DNA of 64,000 nt, taken from the IMG/VR virus record IMGVR_UViG_3300045988_113306. One strand, 5' to 3'. Under the pieces are notes generated by a model. It saw only the letters and a program-made list of their open reading frames with translations. It had not been told where the DNA came from and did no database searches. The stretch is from a virus. Shown in pieces: positions 62,078 to 64,000 of this stretch. The translations under genes and the position numbers were made by a program. Each line of letters begins with the position of its first letter. The first letter of the stretch is position 1.

Positions 62078-62260
62078 ATGAAAAAGAAAATCAATTCAAA
62101 ACACATCTTTGACAATCTGAATGATGCGTTCAAGTTCACCAATACCATTGAATCAGCAGGATTCAAGTGCGATGAATACACAGATGACGGCGGAGTTGTG
62201 TTCGTCAACGCCGACGGCTACACATTGTATGTCGCCGTTCAACAGAAAATACGTTATTAA
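62078..62260 (+). CDS. hypothetical protein
   Basis: 60-aa ORF behind hairpin GGAGG-TAATT-CCTCC. Confidence 0.5.
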   Translation: MKKKINSKHIFDNLNDAFKFTNTIESAGFKCDEYTDDGGVVFVNADGYTLYVAVQQKIRY

Positions 62261-62286
62261 CTACCACACAAAATCACTACATTATT

Positions 62287-62535
62287 ATGAAAGAAATTGA
62301 AGAGTATTGGAAGCTCAAAGAGCAGATACACCAAAAGAAAGTAGCCGCCATGTATCAAATCCAAAGGAAGATGAATCTTTACGGATTTGATACACTACCT
62401 TATGAGATAAATACGGCGATTTACCCCGAATTAAATAGAGAGAAAATGGTGATTACGGTATTTTTTTCCAAAGATGAAAAGAAGCTTGATAAATTGGCCG
62501 AAAAAATATTCAAGAGTTTGACGGACAAACAATAA
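62287..62535 (+). CDS. hypothetical protein
   Basis: 82-aa ORF. Confidence 0.5.
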   Translation: MKEIEEYWKLKEQIHQKKVAAMYQIQRKMNLYGFDTLPYEINTAIYPELNREKMVITVFFSKDEKKLDKLAEKIFKSLTDKQ

Positions 62536-62549
62536 TAAACCACTACAAC

Positions 62550-62825
62550 ATGGGCAAGGAAGTAACCCCCGACGATTCAAGCGACCTCAAAAGCAGCATG
62601 GATGTATTGAAGCAGCTGGAAGCCAAACGCAACACAAAGATAAGGCAAGCCGTCAGCGCATTGGCAAAGGCCATATACGGAGTCCACTTGGACGGCATGG
62701 ATGTTTCCATCAAACACAATCGCAAAGGATTCACGGTGGAGATAGCGACCGACCTTGACAGCGGCATAGAACGCCTCAGGGAAAATTTGAAAGTATTGAT
62801 GTTTAACTATTTTGACAATAAATAA
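62550..62825 (+). CDS. hypothetical protein
   Basis: 91-aa ORF preceded by AAACCACTAC. Confidence 0.5.
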   Translation: MGKEVTPDDSSDLKSSMDVLKQLEAKRNTKIRQAVSALAKAIYGVHLDGMDVSIKHNRKGFTVEIATDLDSGIERLRENLKVLMFNYFDNK

Positions 62826-62829
62826 AACA

Positions 62830-63621
62830 ATGGCAACGTATGCGTATCTAAGGTATTCAACAAATTTGCAAGACGAGGCACAACAGTTGAATACGATAAC
62901 AAACTACCTCAAGCAAAAAGGCATGACACTCGATAGAACTTATATGGATGAGGGCATATCGGGCGGTATAAGCTATACAAAACGTAATCTCTATGACTTA
63001 TGCAAGGCTATCAAGCAAGGCGATACCGTGGTCGTGAGCGAAGTTAGCCGATTGACACGTTCAGGAATATCGGAGCTTTCGGAAATCATAGAGAAGCATT
63101 TCAAGACCAATAAACTTAGGCTTATTATATGTAATGTGGGCCTTGACATTGACTGCTCTGACATAAATCCCATGACGGAGCTACAGCTTGCAATGCTTGC
63201 CACTTTTGCCAAAATAGAGCGTAATTTGATTAAAGAGCGCACCAAATCTGCTCTTGATGTGCGTAAGCAAAAACTCGCCAACGGTGAAACTCTAATCAGC
63301 AAGGCTGGAAGAGCATACACCAAGTTAGGCCGACAGGACGACAATGCAGGCACCGCGTGGGACAAGGCATTGAACAACTCCATCGAAACCAATAAGAAAA
63401 AAGCGCAGGACAACGAGAACAACATACGCTTCGCCCGATGGCTCGGCGTGTGGGAATCCAAGAACGGCGTCGTTGACCGACATACCGACCTCGCCCCAAT
63501 TCTCGCCGAGGTCAGCGCTTTGGGCCTAAAGACATCATCCGGCATGGAGTTCAAAAAAGAATCCCTAAGACAGATGATATATCGAACCCACGAAAGAAAA
63601 TTGCAAACAATCAACGCATAA
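62830..63621 (+). CDS. small serine recombinase (resolvase/invertase family)
   Basis: Start trimmed to MATYAYLRYSTNLQDE (catalytic Ser context). DEGISGG, VSRLTRS and ERNLIKERTKSAL motifs. Confidence 0.9.
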   Translation: MATYAYLRYSTNLQDEAQQLNTITNYLKQKGMTLDRTYMDEGISGGISYTKRNLYDLCKAIKQGDTVVVSEVSRLTRSGISELSEIIEKHFKTNKLRLIICNVGLDIDCSDINPMTELQLAMLATFAKIERNLIKERTKSALDVRKQKLANGETLISKAGRAYTKLGRQDDNAGTAWDKALNNSIETNKKKAQDNENNIRFARWLGVWESKNGVVDRHTDLAPILAEVSALGLKTSSGMEFKKESLRQMIYRTHERKLQTINA

Positions 63622-63689
63622 TGCTTGCATATATGAATACTATTCGCTAACTTTGCAACATAATCATTAACCATTAATAACCACTACAA

Positions 63690-63869
63690 ATGGAAACAAC
63701 AACCACTACTACCAAGGTCTGCTCCAAGTGCGGACAGGAACTTCCCTTAACCAGCTTCTACACCAAAAAAGGAACTAAGGACGGCTTGCAATATTGGTGC
63801 AAGGAATGTCAGGGTAAGATGTCTAAGAAGTATTACAAGGCCAAAACTATCACCCCCCCCCCATTCTGA
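63690..63869 (+). CDS. zinc-finger protein truncated at a C10 tract
   Basis: METTTTTTKVCSKCGQ..WCKECQG..TITPPPF*. With C9 the frame HSELSNPELASLQPREIIAQIKTLIKELRARGYTYEEGKL.. stays open to the window end. Confidence 0.5.
   Translation: METTTTTTKVCSKCGQELPLTSFYTKKGTKDGLQYWCKECQGKMSKKYYKAKTITPPPF
63853..63862. repeat. homopolymer C10
   Basis: Counted directly: atcaCCCCCCCCCCattc. Confidence 0.95.
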
Positions 63870-64000
63870 GTTGTCGAATCCCGAACTCGCAAGCCTACAG
63901 CCACGTGAAATCATTGCACAAATTAAGACTTTAATAAAGGAGCTTCGCGCCCGTGGATATACCTACGAGGAAGGCAAGCTGTCATATACTCAAACAATCA

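Noticed and set aside
53634-62080. Could the repeated hairpins be a CRISPR array or another tandem repeat array?
   Set aside because: The hairpin sequences differ from each other; only two share GAGGTCGCAAGACCTC. Spacing is irregular (about 75-700 bp). The intervals are occupied by ORFs with proper starts and stops.
1-64000. Searched for reverse transcriptase (DGR or retron), CRISPR-Cas, toxin-antitoxin pairs, a tyrosine integrase, a tape measure and a tail sheath.
   Set aside because: No ORF showed the corresponding motifs: no YxDD RT core, no R..HxxR..Y integrase pattern, and no long Ala/Gly-rich helical protein. The tape measure probably lies just beyond position 1.

Overview
The window is most of a tightly packed tailed dsDNA phage or prophage genome. 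It falls into five blocks. (1) 1-21.1 kb, leftward packaging and virion module: TerL, putative portal, a 2633-aa fibre with a C-terminal S74-type chaperone domain, two paralogous fibre/RBP genes, a Cys-rich membrane protein, and tail genes including a chaperone with a T9 slippery site. (2) 21.3-25.6 kb, rightward scaffold/capsid genes plus a membrane-protein (lysis-like) cassette. (3) 25.7-51.9 kb, leftward replication, recombination and DNA-modification module: primase-helicase, split sliding clamp, Rad50/SbcC-like ATPase, dUTPase, three DNA methyltransferases, PAPS-reductase-like protein, two HNH endonucleases, KilA-N/KilAC antirepressor, a CAU-anticodon tRNA and a solo TnpB. (4) 52.0-53.6 kb, ORF-poor control region with duplicated palindrome modules. 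(5) 53.7-64 kb, rightward array of about 26 small genes ending in a small serine recombinase. Promoter-like sites fit the Bacteroidota consensus TTTG-N19-21-TAnnTTTG and starts lack Shine-Dalgarno sequences, so a Bacteroidota host is inferred. Main second-look items: (a) a hairpin plus AACCAATTAAA start-associated box repeated before most small rightward genes; (b) a palindrome TTGATACNGTATCAA at a fixed 56-57 nt from four -7 boxes of the late operons, including the divergent TerL/scaffold pair; (c) an intact solo TnpB driven by the phage's own TATCTTTG promoter class, next to the tRNA and a mini transcription unit; (d) four G/C homopolymer tracts of 8-10 nt, three of which break ORFs that a 1-nt length change would restore; (e) a structured terminator/antiterminator-like leader plus a small-RNA candidate at 60.36-60.67 kb. 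The G/C-tract ORF breaks, the clamp frameshift and one in-frame stop may be assembly errors. All family calls rest on motifs read by eye, with no database search.
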